Shown one piece after another: positions 46,573 to 55,696 of a stretch of 64,000 nt of DNA. Positions within the stretch are counted from its first letter, which is position 1, and every line of letters begins with the position of its first letter. Location: assembly GCA_963716395.1 (NCBI GenBank), contig OY970309.1, positions 1,632,001-1,696,000 of the forward strand, read 5' to 3'. The notes below the pieces were generated by a model. It did not search any database and was not told the DNA's origin. It worked only from the letters and a program-made list of their open reading frames with translations. A program made the position numbers and the translations under genes. Origin of the DNA: an uncultured Fibrobacteria bacterium (GTDB lineage: Bacteria; Fibrobacterota; Fibrobacteria; UBA11236).

Positions 46573-47793
46573 TTAAATCTTCGGGTAGACGGCCTGGGCC
46601 GTCCCCTGGCGCGTTTGCACGCGCAGGCTGTAAAGACCCGGGCGTAATTCTCCGACGTCGATGAAATTGCGGCCCGTGCCATGCCACGAAGCGACACGAA
46701 CGCCTTGCATATCAAAAGCCTCCACCGTGAGAATTTCGGACGAAGCCTGAATGCGGCTGCCGCGGAAAGAGAAAATATTGCCCGCATTGGATTGCAGCGA
46801 GGCGATGCTGCTGACCCCTGAACAGGCCTTCGGGTTATTCTTGACGAAATAAGCGCGATAGGCGGTGTCGTTCTGGTTCATGCAACCCACCAGGTTCAGC
46901 ACTTCGATCTGGGCGAATTCGGTGGAAGTGCCTTCCATCTGGATGGAGATGTATCCGGAATCCACCGGTGTCGTATTACCGGGGCTGCTGGTGCTGGTTA
47001 CCTGGCCATAACGGGGGTGGGTGAAGTTAAAGACCGAATCCCAGGCCGTATCGGCGCGGCTGCGCACCCAGTAGGTGATGGAGGTGGAGTCCAGCACCCG
47101 TGCCATGGAATATTCCCAGATGTCTTTGCCCGGCCAGGTGGCGTTGGTCGAATTGGCGCCTTTCACTGAGGTGGTCGATGAATCGTATTGCAAGCTGTGG
47201 AACTTGGATTGGGTGCAATGATGGCCGGTACCGTCGGAATACCATTGACCGTTGACATCGGCCGATGAATTCACCAGGCATAGGTTCGAGGTGGTTGAAT
47301 TCGGGGGATTGCTTATGCCGGCACTCCAATATCCCAATAACTGGTCTTCGAAAGACTGAGGATAATCCTGACCCACGCTCATGGATTGGGGCGATTGGCA
47401 ATGCAGCATGACGCCGTTGTTTTGTACGGTCCAACTGCCGATATTGCAATTGCAGGCATAAGATTGGCGTGCGGGAAAATGGTATTGCGCCACTACGATA
47501 TAATCGGAATAGGGGATTTTATAGAAAAGATGCCCATATCCGTACGTTGAGGCATTGTAGTTCACCGTGTCGGTGACGATGAGCCGGGGCTGACCGTCGG
47601 GGGTTTCCGCATAGCTAAAACTGTGATAGGGATTTTGCCCCGCCGCCTGGCCTTGGATTTTGGGAATCCAGTCGCTGAGCGTGGAGTCGCCTTTCCTTAA
47701 CATTTGCACCCAGTTTGAATCGTTGGGCCCCGCGTAAAGGGCGGTGCAGGCCGATGCCAATATGCATACGAATGCGGGATACACGAGTCTCAT
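46573..47793 (-). CDS. Secreted DUF1080 (3-keto-disaccharide hydrolase-like) protein with C-terminal sorting domain
   Basis: WIPKIQG, YGHLFYKIPYSDY, NNGVMLHCQSP, GYISIQMEG, EVLNLVGCM; CTD FDMQGVRV...PGLYSL. Confidence 0.8.
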   Translation of the reverse strand: MRLVYPAFVCILASACTALYAGPNDSNWVQMLRKGDSTLSDWIPKIQGQAAGQNPYHSFSYAETPDGQPRLIVTDTVNYNASTYGYGHLFYKIPYSDYIVVAQYHFPARQSYACNCNIGSWTVQNNGVMLHCQSPQSMSVGQDYPQSFEDQLLGYWSAGISNPPNSTTSNLCLVNSSADVNGQWYSDGTGHHCTQSKFHSLQYDSSTTSVKGANSTNATWPGKDIWEYSMARVLDSTSITYWVRSRADTAWDSVFNFTHPRYGQVTSTSSPGNTTPVDSGYISIQMEGTSTEFAQIEVLNLVGCMNQNDTAYRAYFVKNNPKACSGVSSIASLQSNAGNIFSFRGSRIQASSEILTVEAFDMQGVRVASWHGTGRNFIDVGELRPGLYSLRVQTRQGTAQAVYPKI

Positions 47794-47987
47794 TTCCACC
47801 TCATCAAAAGTGCTGAATTTCAAATAAATATAGCGCCCGGGAAATTTTTCGGTGGGTAAAATCGCGACGCGGGAGAGATTGATTTTCATCGGAAAACCGG
47901 GTTCGGATGTTTCCCAAAATCGGTGCCATAAAAATCAAATCCGACCCTATTTTAACCTTGGGGAAAATTCGTGAGGGGAGGAGTCTA

Positions 47988-49013
47988 ATGAAAACTCTGC
48001 GACTTTCGGTTTTGGCGTTGTTGCTGCAAATGGGATTGGCCCAGGCGTTGAATCTGGGCGGAACCGATGTGCCCAAGGATCACATCGTGGTTTACATCCT
48101 GATCGGCCATTCCAATATGGCCGGAATCACGTACTCCAATACCGACAACACACCGTCGCCGAACGTGTGGAATTATCAATGGTTTTCGAACAAGCAATGG
48201 GTTGAGGCGAAGGAAGCTCCGGGCAGTGCATCCAACGGGCTTTCGCCCAACGGCGAAGGCGGCCCGGGAATGCCCTTTCTCAAAGGCCTGGCCGCGGCCC
48301 ACCCCGGCTATTATATCGGCGTGATTTCCAATGCCAGCCTGTCGGCCACGGTGCGCGGCGTTGATACCGGAATCAACACTTCCGGATTACCGGCCGACAG
48401 CAACCGTTATTTTAAGGGTGCGCATCTCTACAATCAAATCATGGGCGTGGCCCAATCTATTGAGGCCGATGTGACTTTCGGCGGCATTGTGTGCATGCTT
48501 GGCACCGTCGACGCCACGCGCACCAGCACCGCCACCTGCCAGAATTTCGCCAACGACGTCGACACCATGGTCACCGACATGCGCGCCGATTTGGGCTTGC
48601 CGAACCTGCCTTATCTCATGGGCGAATACGAGCATGGGGCCACCGGCAATTTCAGTTTGAGTTTGCCCTGGCCGCATCTGGTGGATTCCTGCATCAAGGC
48701 CTTGCCCTCGATGTTACCTCATTCCGCTACGGTCAACTCTGTGGGCATTCCCATGAAAGACGATCACCATTATACCTGGCCCGCGGGCGAAACCATGTTC
48801 GCCGATCGTGCGGATTCGTTGGTAGCCGCCAATAATTTTTTCACGCAGGTGACCACGGCCATCGCTCCATCACGGGAGGAGAAAACCGCTGCGGGCGCGC
48901 TTTCGCAATTGCATTTGCAACCCCAGGGTGAGATTTTATCGGTGTTGGAACCCGACGGCAATTCCCGCCTGTTCCGGGTAAATGGCAGCCGCTTGCCGGC
49001 TAGTGCGCCTTGA
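47988..49013 (+). CDS. Secreted sialate O-acetylesterase / CE6-like SGNH esterase
   Basis: YILIGHSNMAG, GPGMPF, MRADLGLPNLP, DDHHY; GGAGG RBS. Confidence 0.8.
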   Translation: MKTLRLSVLALLLQMGLAQALNLGGTDVPKDHIVVYILIGHSNMAGITYSNTDNTPSPNVWNYQWFSNKQWVEAKEAPGSASNGLSPNGEGGPGMPFLKGLAAAHPGYYIGVISNASLSATVRGVDTGINTSGLPADSNRYFKGAHLYNQIMGVAQSIEADVTFGGIVCMLGTVDATRTSTATCQNFANDVDTMVTDMRADLGLPNLPYLMGEYEHGATGNFSLSLPWPHLVDSCIKALPSMLPHSATVNSVGIPMKDDHHYTWPAGETMFADRADSLVAANNFFTQVTTAIAPSREEKTAAGALSQLHLQPQGEILSVLEPDGNSRLFRVNGSRLPASAP

Positions 49014-49479
49014 CGAAGAACGGGGCCGGCGTGGTCGATACCTTGTTCGAGTCTTCGGGGTGAACGTATTCCTGCACTCGCAACAGACAGGTGTCCCCGT
49101 CCATGGGCAGGTTCAACCCGCTGAAAGAAACCGTATCCGCGATTTTCCATTTGAAGGGTGAACTGCCCGGCGGCAGGGAACTCTGATTGAGGTAAACCCA
49201 ATACTTCCCGTTGTCGGGAGACAGTTCCACGTCGACCTCGCCCAGCGTTCCGTTCAAGTCGGATTTTCCCGTGGTGTCCCAGGTCACGGTCAGGGTGTCG
49301 CCGATATAAAAGATTTCGCCGCCTGTGGGGGAGGTGAGAAGCAATTGCTTGGTTCCGGTATACGGCGCGGGCCCGGTGCTGGAATCGCAACCGGCCAGAT
49401 TCAGCAGCCCGGCGCCGGCCGCCGCGATGGCGGCCACCGCGCCCCAGCGCCGGACGGAGTGGAAGTTGTGCTTTTTCAT
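49000..49479 (-). CDS. Lipoprotein with Ig-like domain
   Basis: Lipobox LAGC; SPTGGEIFYIGDTLTVTW, LSPDNGK.W. Confidence 0.75.
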   Translation of the reverse strand: MKKHNFHSVRRWGAVAAIAAAGAGLLNLAGCDSSTGPAPYTGTKQLLLTSPTGGEIFYIGDTLTVTWDTTGKSDLNGTLGEVDVELSPDNGKYWVYLNQSSLPPGSSPFKWKIADTVSFSGLNLPMDGDTCLLRVQEYVHPEDSNKVSTTPAPFFVKAH

Positions 49480-49602
49480 CGGCTCTCCCTTTTCATATTC
49501 AGCAAGTTCTGAAATTCCGTCTGCCGTCAGCCTATCCCGGCATTGGCCAATAAAGATAGGCCGCCCGGGGTCGCGCAGCCATGCGAATTTGCCAAGAAGC
49601 GG

Positions 49603-51621
49603 CTAAGAACCTGCGCCCCAGCCTCCCGGATAGGCGAACAAATCACGGGCCGACATCATCCAAATCACCAGCCGTTTGCCTTTCAAGGCGTCGGGGCCCG
49701 CCAACCGCAATTTGCGGGGCGCTTCGGGCCCGCCGCCCCAGCCCATGATCAAATCCACCGGCCCGCCGATGGTCTTGGCCAGACGCGCCGTAACACCGGC
49801 GTGACGGCAGCCCGTCTGCTCGTAAACCCCCGTGTAACTGTCGCCCAAAACCAATATCGGCGCGTTCTGGGCGTCGGCGTAGTAATGGCCGGTCGAATCC
49901 ACCACTTGCCGGCCCCGCAGTTTTTCTGGACCCAGGCCGGTGCGCGCCTGCGGCGGCAGGCGATCATACAGGTCGCCCAATTGCGAAAACACCGTGTCGT
50001 GATCGGTATACGGCACCTCGGTGGGGTAGGCTTCGCCGAACCAGGAATAACCCATGACGCGTTCGCCCACGGTTGCGGCCGCCAGTTCCAAGCCGGCCGC
50101 GGTCCAATGGGTGTCTTGGCGCTGGTACAGCGAATCGCCGCCTTGGCGGGCGGCCGTCTGGAATTTCGAAAGCAGATCCAAGGTTTCGACTTTGTGCTGG
50201 GCCAAATCCCACAGGAGTTTGCGGAGATAGGGCTGGGGCGTGGCGCCCGGCAGCTTGGCGGCGGCAGCCGAAATGATTTCGGGATACACGTCGGCCTTGG
50301 TGGGGATGGGCACGAATAAGAAGTCGATGCCGAGCGAGGCCAATGAATCGCGCAGCGACACGATGGCGGTGAGCGGATTTTTTTCCGGCGGCAGTTTTTG
50401 CAAATCGCCGGCCAGCAGGTATTCCATGCCGCGACGGAACAGGAGATAGCCTTGGCGGCCGCGCAAGGCCTCGACCGAAGCGGGTTGGGAGGCGAGCAGC
50501 GCCGACACCTGGCGGTGGAACGGATCGAGTTTGTGGAACCAGGCGTCCCACGATCCGTGTCCGAATTTGGCCACGAGGGAAGAGTCGTGATCGCGGATCG
50601 AGGCCAGATATTCCCCGAGGTTGTCGGAAACGCTACGACTCAATACGCTCATGGGCGCCGCGGCGCCCGCCTGCGGTTTGTCTTGGCCCATGCCCGGAAT
50701 CACCAACACGAAGTACACGCCGAGACCCTGGGGTTTGCCGCGCAGGGCGAACACGGGTTGGGGAAAGGTCTGGCCATGCAATTCGCGCTTCACGTCAGCG
50801 TCGACGGTAGGGTCGGGCCAGGATCCGCCGCCGCGCAAGTCGATGAAATCGGTGTTGCGCGACGGATACCAATAGGCCGCGAGTTGGTGCCCGTAATCGA
50901 TGACTTCGGATTCGGACAAAACATGGGTGGAATAAGTTCGGCGCAGCAGCGCGTATACCTGCGGGGTGAATTTGGCCGGATCGATCTGCGCGTAAATTGC
51001 GGGGAATCCGTCGTGATCGGCGTCATGCATCAACGCGGGAACCGGGCGCACCCAGGGTTTGAGTTCGACCTTCACCCAGGCCGAGGAGTCTTGGTGGGAC
51101 AGGTAGAGATCGGTGAACTCCACCAGGGGCGCGGGCACGTCGCCGGGGTAGCCGAAATGGGCGGCGGTGACGCGGCCGTAAGCTTCGGCCAGGTCGCGCA
51201 CGAGGGTGAAGGAATCGCCCAATAAATAATCCAGCGCCGGTTTCCAATGCAGCGGGGCGGCGCGTTCGGAATCGGAAAGCGGCAGCTCACCGACCGAGGA
51301 TTTGAAATCGCGGATCAGCCCGTCGAATCCCAAATCGGCGGCGGTTAAAGCCCGCGGCAGGCGCACTGTGTCTTGGGAGGGATTCCACAACATGACGTCG
51401 GCCGCATAGGCGGCATGATCGAGATGCGCCAAGGTGGGCACGTCGACTTCGCGCACCAGCACCCGCGAGGCGGTGCGTCGGTATCCGGCGTTCAGGGTTT
51501 TGTCGGCGGGAGAAATCGCGTTCGCCGCGGCCGTGCCCGGCGTTTCGGCATGGCGGCATTGCAGCAGCAGGGTTGCCGGCGACAGCGCCAAAATCCAAGC
51601 GAGACGGTGCAGGGTTTTCAT
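49603..51621 (-). CDS. AlgX/AlgJ-like SGNH polysaccharide O-acetyltransferase domain lipoprotein
   Basis: FVPIPTKADVYPE, YQRQDTHWT, VLGDSY motifs. Confidence 0.8.
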   Translation of the reverse strand: MKTLHRLAWILALSPATLLLQCRHAETPGTAAANAISPADKTLNAGYRRTASRVLVREVDVPTLAHLDHAAYAADVMLWNPSQDTVRLPRALTAADLGFDGLIRDFKSSVGELPLSDSERAAPLHWKPALDYLLGDSFTLVRDLAEAYGRVTAAHFGYPGDVPAPLVEFTDLYLSHQDSSAWVKVELKPWVRPVPALMHDADHDGFPAIYAQIDPAKFTPQVYALLRRTYSTHVLSESEVIDYGHQLAAYWYPSRNTDFIDLRGGGSWPDPTVDADVKRELHGQTFPQPVFALRGKPQGLGVYFVLVIPGMGQDKPQAGAAAPMSVLSRSVSDNLGEYLASIRDHDSSLVAKFGHGSWDAWFHKLDPFHRQVSALLASQPASVEALRGRQGYLLFRRGMEYLLAGDLQKLPPEKNPLTAIVSLRDSLASLGIDFLFVPIPTKADVYPEIISAAAAKLPGATPQPYLRKLLWDLAQHKVETLDLLSKFQTAARQGGDSLYQRQDTHWTAAGLELAAATVGERVMGYSWFGEAYPTEVPYTDHDTVFSQLGDLYDRLPPQARTGLGPEKLRGRQVVDSTGHYYADAQNAPILVLGDSYTGVYEQTGCRHAGVTARLAKTIGGPVDLIMGWGGGPEAPRKLRLAGPDALKGKRLVIWMMSARDLFAYPGGWGAGS

Positions 51622-52703
51622 GCGCCGGTCGAAAGCAAAGCGTGCCGGGCATGCCGGGCCACGGCGTCAACGGCGATGCGGCGCAGCGCTTCGGGCAAAG
51701 ACATCCGCGGTTCCCAGCCGAGCAAGGTGCGCGCCTTGCGGATGTCGGGCAGGCGGCGATCGGAATCGTCGTAGCCTTCGCCGTAGAAATCGCGGGCCGC
51801 GACGGTGATTTCGGGGTGGGTGCGGTACTCCGGCCGGCCGGTGGCTTCGGCGAAGGCTGCGCGCATGAGGCCGGCCAATTCGCGGATGGCGACTTCGTTG
51901 CCGGGATGCCCAAGATTGAAGATCTGGTTCTGCGCGGCTTCGGGACGATCGAGCATGCGCAGCACGGCGTCGACGGCATCGTCGATGTGCAGAAACGTCC
52001 GGCGGGAGAGCCCTCCGTCGACCAAGGGAAAAGGTTCGCCTTTCAGCAGGGCCGACAAGAAGCAGGCGAGCACGCGGGGCACGCCTTCGCCGGCTTCGAA
52101 GCCGGGCAAGAAATCCATGTGCGGGCCGATGAAATTGAAAGGGCGCACCACGGTGAAACGCAGGCCGCGTTCGCGGTGCTGCGCGTAAATCCAGCGTTCG
52201 AGCAATTGCTTGGCGCAGGCATAGCTCCAGCGGGCGCTGTGCACGGGGCCGAGCAAGAGCGGCGATTCGTCTTCGCGCAGTAAATTGAGATCGAGCCGGG
52301 TCTCGGCTTCGGGCCCGAGCTGCGACGCCAAAGTTTTGCCGTACACTTCGCTGGTGGAAAAATGCAGCAGCCAGGCGCCGCGCCGGGTTAAAGCTTCAAA
52401 GAGACGCGCGGGCTGCAGAAAATTGCTTTCGATCACGGCGATGCCGTCGCCGGCATAGCGCGAGGGCCAGCAGATGGCGGCCAGCGAAATCACGACTTCG
52501 CAAGCGGCGAGCCGCGCTACGAGTTCCGGGTCGCGGTACAAGTCGCCTTCGATGAAATCGCAGCGCGGATGATGGCGCAAAGGCGCCAGCCGATGCGCAT
52601 CGGAATCCCAACCGACCACTTCAAAGTCGCCGCGCCGCAGCAAGGCCGCGAGCAAATGGCTGCCGATAAAGCCCCCGCAGCCGAGCAGGGCCACGCGCCG
52701 CAT
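51618..52703 (-). CDS. NAD-dependent decarboxylase resembling UDP-apiose/UDP-xylose synthase
   Basis: GCGGFIGSH, LAAIC.P..Y, FSTSEVYGKT, RWSYACAKQL.ER, RPFN.IGP.MDF.PG, EGVPRVLACF, LVDGG, YGEGYDDSD.R.PD. Confidence 0.8.
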   Translation of the reverse strand: MRRVALLGCGGFIGSHLLAALLRRGDFEVVGWDSDAHRLAPLRHHPRCDFIEGDLYRDPELVARLAACEVVISLAAICWPSRYAGDGIAVIESNFLQPARLFEALTRRGAWLLHFSTSEVYGKTLASQLGPEAETRLDLNLLREDESPLLLGPVHSARWSYACAKQLLERWIYAQHRERGLRFTVVRPFNFIGPHMDFLPGFEAGEGVPRVLACFLSALLKGEPFPLVDGGLSRRTFLHIDDAVDAVLRMLDRPEAAQNQIFNLGHPGNEVAIRELAGLMRAAFAEATGRPEYRTHPEITVAARDFYGEGYDDSDRRLPDIRKARTLLGWEPRMSLPEALRRIAVDAVARHARHALLSTGA

Positions 52704-53887
52704 CAGAAAAAGGTTCCGCGCACGCCCACGGTGCCGAGATAATTCATGGGGGCCGTGAACCGCCCCCGGTCGGACATCTGGTTCAGCGACCAGGGAATGC
52801 CGAAGGCGATGAAGGCGGGGAAATTGGGATTGGATATTTCCAGGCCGAGGCTGAGTTTGAGGGTGATGTCATAGGAACGGTAGCGCTGCGACACCTTGCC
52901 GAGGCCGGGGCCGTAGTCCCACCAATAGGTCGGGGCCGTGGGCACCGTCAAGGTGAGGCCGGCGCTTTGCACCGAGTGTTCTTCTTTGCGGCCCACATGC
53001 GCGTAGAGGCTGAAGTCGTCGGCGCCGGTGGCGCCGGTGCCGGGCACGCCATAGCTCTGCTGCCACGAGGCGGGGTTGCCGCCCCAAGGCTGATGCTTCA
53101 AATCCCACAGCTTCCAGGTCAGCGGCGAAGGCGCCAAGGTCTGGCAGTTGATTACCTGGTCATTGATGGCGGTGGAGGTCGTGGTGTCGCGACAGGACAT
53201 GTCTTGATACGCGAAAGCCGCGGTGTAGCTGCCGCCGAAGATGAACAGGCCCCAATCCCGGTCGCGGGTGTATTCGTAGGTGAGACCGGCGGTGTAAAGA
53301 CCCGTGCCCGGCTGATCGAAAGGGCTGAGCCAGCGGATGTCGTCGGGTCCACCCGCCGTGCTTTTTTGGTACAGGCGTTTGATGTCGTCTTGGCCCGTGG
53401 GCAGACCGATAGAAAGACCAAGGCTGTGGTTGTTTTCGTCGCCGAACAAGCGGTTCACGGTCAAGCCGAGATCAGCCAAGCCGGCGTCTTCGATAAGCAG
53501 CGGCGGAATCGGGTCGCCGTTGGTTTTATACCCGATATACTCGAAGTTGCTTTGCTTCCACCCCAGTGACAGCCCCGCCGTGTAATTGGGCCAAGTCGGT
53601 TTGTGAAAGGTGAACGAAACCGAGGTGGCGTCGTAATCGTAGTCTCCGCCCAAGGTTTTGTTTTGCAGCAATTCCAGATCGACGAGCCCGCCCGATACGC
53701 TGCGTCCAATCCATTTGCCGGCGCCGGCCGCCACGCCGCCGCCCGAAGCGCCGCAACCGCCGATATTGCGCCACGCCGCCAGCGCGCCGGGATCGCGCAG
53801 GCGCGTCTGCACCGCGCGTTCGGTGACCACGGTCAAAGCCGCGAGAAGCGCGGCGCCCACCCAAATTCCCATCGAAGGTGCTTTCAT
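52703..53887 (-). CDS. Putative outer-membrane beta-barrel protein
   Basis: N-terminal hydrophobic segment, CGASGGG, alternating strands, GLADLG / LPTG motifs, terminal Phe. Confidence 0.6.
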   Translation of the reverse strand: MKAPSMGIWVGAALLAALTVVTERAVQTRLRDPGALAAWRNIGGCGASGGGVAAGAGKWIGRSVSGGLVDLELLQNKTLGGDYDYDATSVSFTFHKPTWPNYTAGLSLGWKQSNFEYIGYKTNGDPIPPLLIEDAGLADLGLTVNRLFGDENNHSLGLSIGLPTGQDDIKRLYQKSTAGGPDDIRWLSPFDQPGTGLYTAGLTYEYTRDRDWGLFIFGGSYTAAFAYQDMSCRDTTTSTAINDQVINCQTLAPSPLTWKLWDLKHQPWGGNPASWQQSYGVPGTGATGADDFSLYAHVGRKEEHSVQSAGLTLTVPTAPTYWWDYGPGLGKVSQRYRSYDITLKLSLGLEISNPNFPAFIAFGIPWSLNQMSDRGRFTAPMNYLGTVGVRGTFF

Positions 53888-54381
53888 GTGGAATCCTTGA
53901 TGCTGAAGAACTCATCGGAAACATCATTATAAAGGGCGTTATTGTAATCGCTGACCTCAACCTGCACCGAATCTGAAACCAGGCCGACGGAGTCGGCCGG
54001 TGCATAATGAGATAGCAGCGAGTCGGGAATGGCAAAAACCAAATCGCAGTGGCGATAGACGTTTAGATTGCCCGCAGTTCCCGGCGGGATTAACACGATT
54101 TTATAACCGGAAGGGGTTTTGATTTTAAGCGTGACCGCCGCATTGGAATCGTCCAGACTCTCCGTCACCCGCACGTGCAGCGTATCCCCCACTTTGAAAA
54201 TCTCTCCGCCATTCGGCTGGATGACTTTAAACACCGGATACGGATCGTTGGGGTTGGCCTGCGCCACGCTGTCTCCCAAGTCCGGGCAACTTTTTTCCGC
54301 GGCCGGCCCGGTGGTCTGGCTGCAAGCCAGCAGGAACACCGTGAGCGCTAGGCCACAGTATCCGATCCCTCCGCCGTTCAC
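53884..54381 (-). CDS. Lipoprotein with Ig-like domain (similar to 49000-49479)
   Basis: Lipobox LLAC; QPNGGEIFKVGDTLHV, DVSDEFFSI. Confidence 0.75.
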   Translation of the reverse strand: MNGGGIGYCGLALTVFLLACSQTTGPAAEKSCPDLGDSVAQANPNDPYPVFKVIQPNGGEIFKVGDTLHVRVTESLDDSNAAVTLKIKTPSGYKIVLIPPGTAGNLNVYRHCDLVFAIPDSLLSHYAPADSVGLVSDSVQVEVSDYNNALYNDVSDEFFSIKDST

Positions 54382-54402
54382 GACCGGAACCGTCGGGCCC
54401 GG

Positions 54403-55617
54403 TTAGGGCCCTACCCACAAATGCGAGTAGGTGCCGGTATTGAATCCGCCCGATCCCAGCCGCAAATACCCTTGCGCCTGGTACAAAGTGTCGCGCGAGG
54501 CCGAGGTCAGATCGGGCAATTTGACGGCATAGAGATCGCAGTCGCTGGTTTGCGATTCGTTCGGGCGTTCCGTCACCGAGGTCGCGAACAGGGGATCGGT
54601 CGACCAGCGCGGTTTATCCCACAAGTAGTAGCGGCTCGCGTCGGGCAATTTGCCCTGCCAGATGATGAGGTCTTGCTTGTCGTGAATCCACAGGTTCTGG
54701 TGTTCGGCTTCGGTGAGCGAGTCGATGGGCGTGTGGTACTCGATACCCGAGCCGCCGAAGCCGAGCAGCATGAGAAAATCCGCATTGACGCTGCCGGCCG
54801 GAAAGGGATTCATGGAAGGGTTGCATTTTTGCTGCTGCCCGGCCAAAAGAATGGGCGGTACCGTGGGTGTGGTGGTGTTGTACAAGCCGGCCGGGCTGTA
54901 GGCGGTGCCGGCCCAGACGCCGTCGCGCGAAAGCCCGCCGCGGAAAATGCCCGGCAGTCCCGTGGTTTGCAGCGAGTCGATGGTCGAATCGTTTTCCAAA
55001 GCCACCCGGTAGGTATGGCCGTCGAATTGCGCGCAGGCGGCGGTGTACCCGACGGTATTCTCCGTGTTGTCGAAGTAAATCCAGGGCTTTCCATTGCGGA
55101 CCAGCCAATGCGGATCGGCCGTATAGTAACCGGTGGTGGACAGGGGGATGCGCCAGCTCGAAGCAGAGGGGGAGGCCACGTTGAGCGCAAAACCCTGCGC
55201 GCCCTGCTGCGCCGAATAGGCAATCCAATTGCCGTCGGGCGAAAATTGCGGATTGCTGAAATTGGCCAGCCCGCCGGTGGGCGACTCATCACCTTGATCC
55301 AATTCATACACTTGCGGCGCGCCCGTGGATCCCCATTCGATTAAAAACAACGAGGTTGCCTGCGCCACCACCAATCTCACCGAGCTGCTCCCGAAAAACG
55401 CCGAAACCGAATCGCCCGGAGCCCAGGTGATGCCGGCCATGGCCGCTGGCCGGAAAGAAATTTTTTCGGCCTTATGCTGTGACGGCACGCCTTCGGGCGG
55501 GTAGAGAGAATCGGCGTCAAGGCAAGTGCTGGTCGACGGAGGCGGGGAGGTGGGTTGGCTGTTGCACGCGACCAACCCCAGGGCCGTTGCTAACATCACC
55601 CAGGCACGAAAAGACAT
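54403..55617 (-). CDS. TolB-like beta-propeller lipoprotein (TIGR02171-like, Fibrobacter family)
   Basis: Lipobox LVAC; PQFSPDGNWIAY, ADPHW, GGLSRDG, KCNPSM, WDKPRWS. Confidence 0.65.
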   Translation of the reverse strand: MSFRAWVMLATALGLVACNSQPTSPPPSTSTCLDADSLYPPEGVPSQHKAEKISFRPAAMAGITWAPGDSVSAFFGSSSVRLVVAQATSLFLIEWGSTGAPQVYELDQGDESPTGGLANFSNPQFSPDGNWIAYSAQQGAQGFALNVASPSASSWRIPLSTTGYYTADPHWLVRNGKPWIYFDNTENTVGYTAACAQFDGHTYRVALENDSTIDSLQTTGLPGIFRGGLSRDGVWAGTAYSPAGLYNTTTPTVPPILLAGQQQKCNPSMNPFPAGSVNADFLMLLGFGGSGIEYHTPIDSLTEAEHQNLWIHDKQDLIIWQGKLPDASRYYLWDKPRWSTDPLFATSVTERPNESQTSDCDLYAVKLPDLTSASRDTLYQAQGYLRLGSGGFNTGTYSHLWVGP

Positions 55618-55696
55618 GGTGGAAATATAGACGCGTTCCGAAAATGCCGCCCTGCCTAAAATTCCGTTCCCACGAACTTTGGCCGGCGGCCGCGGG

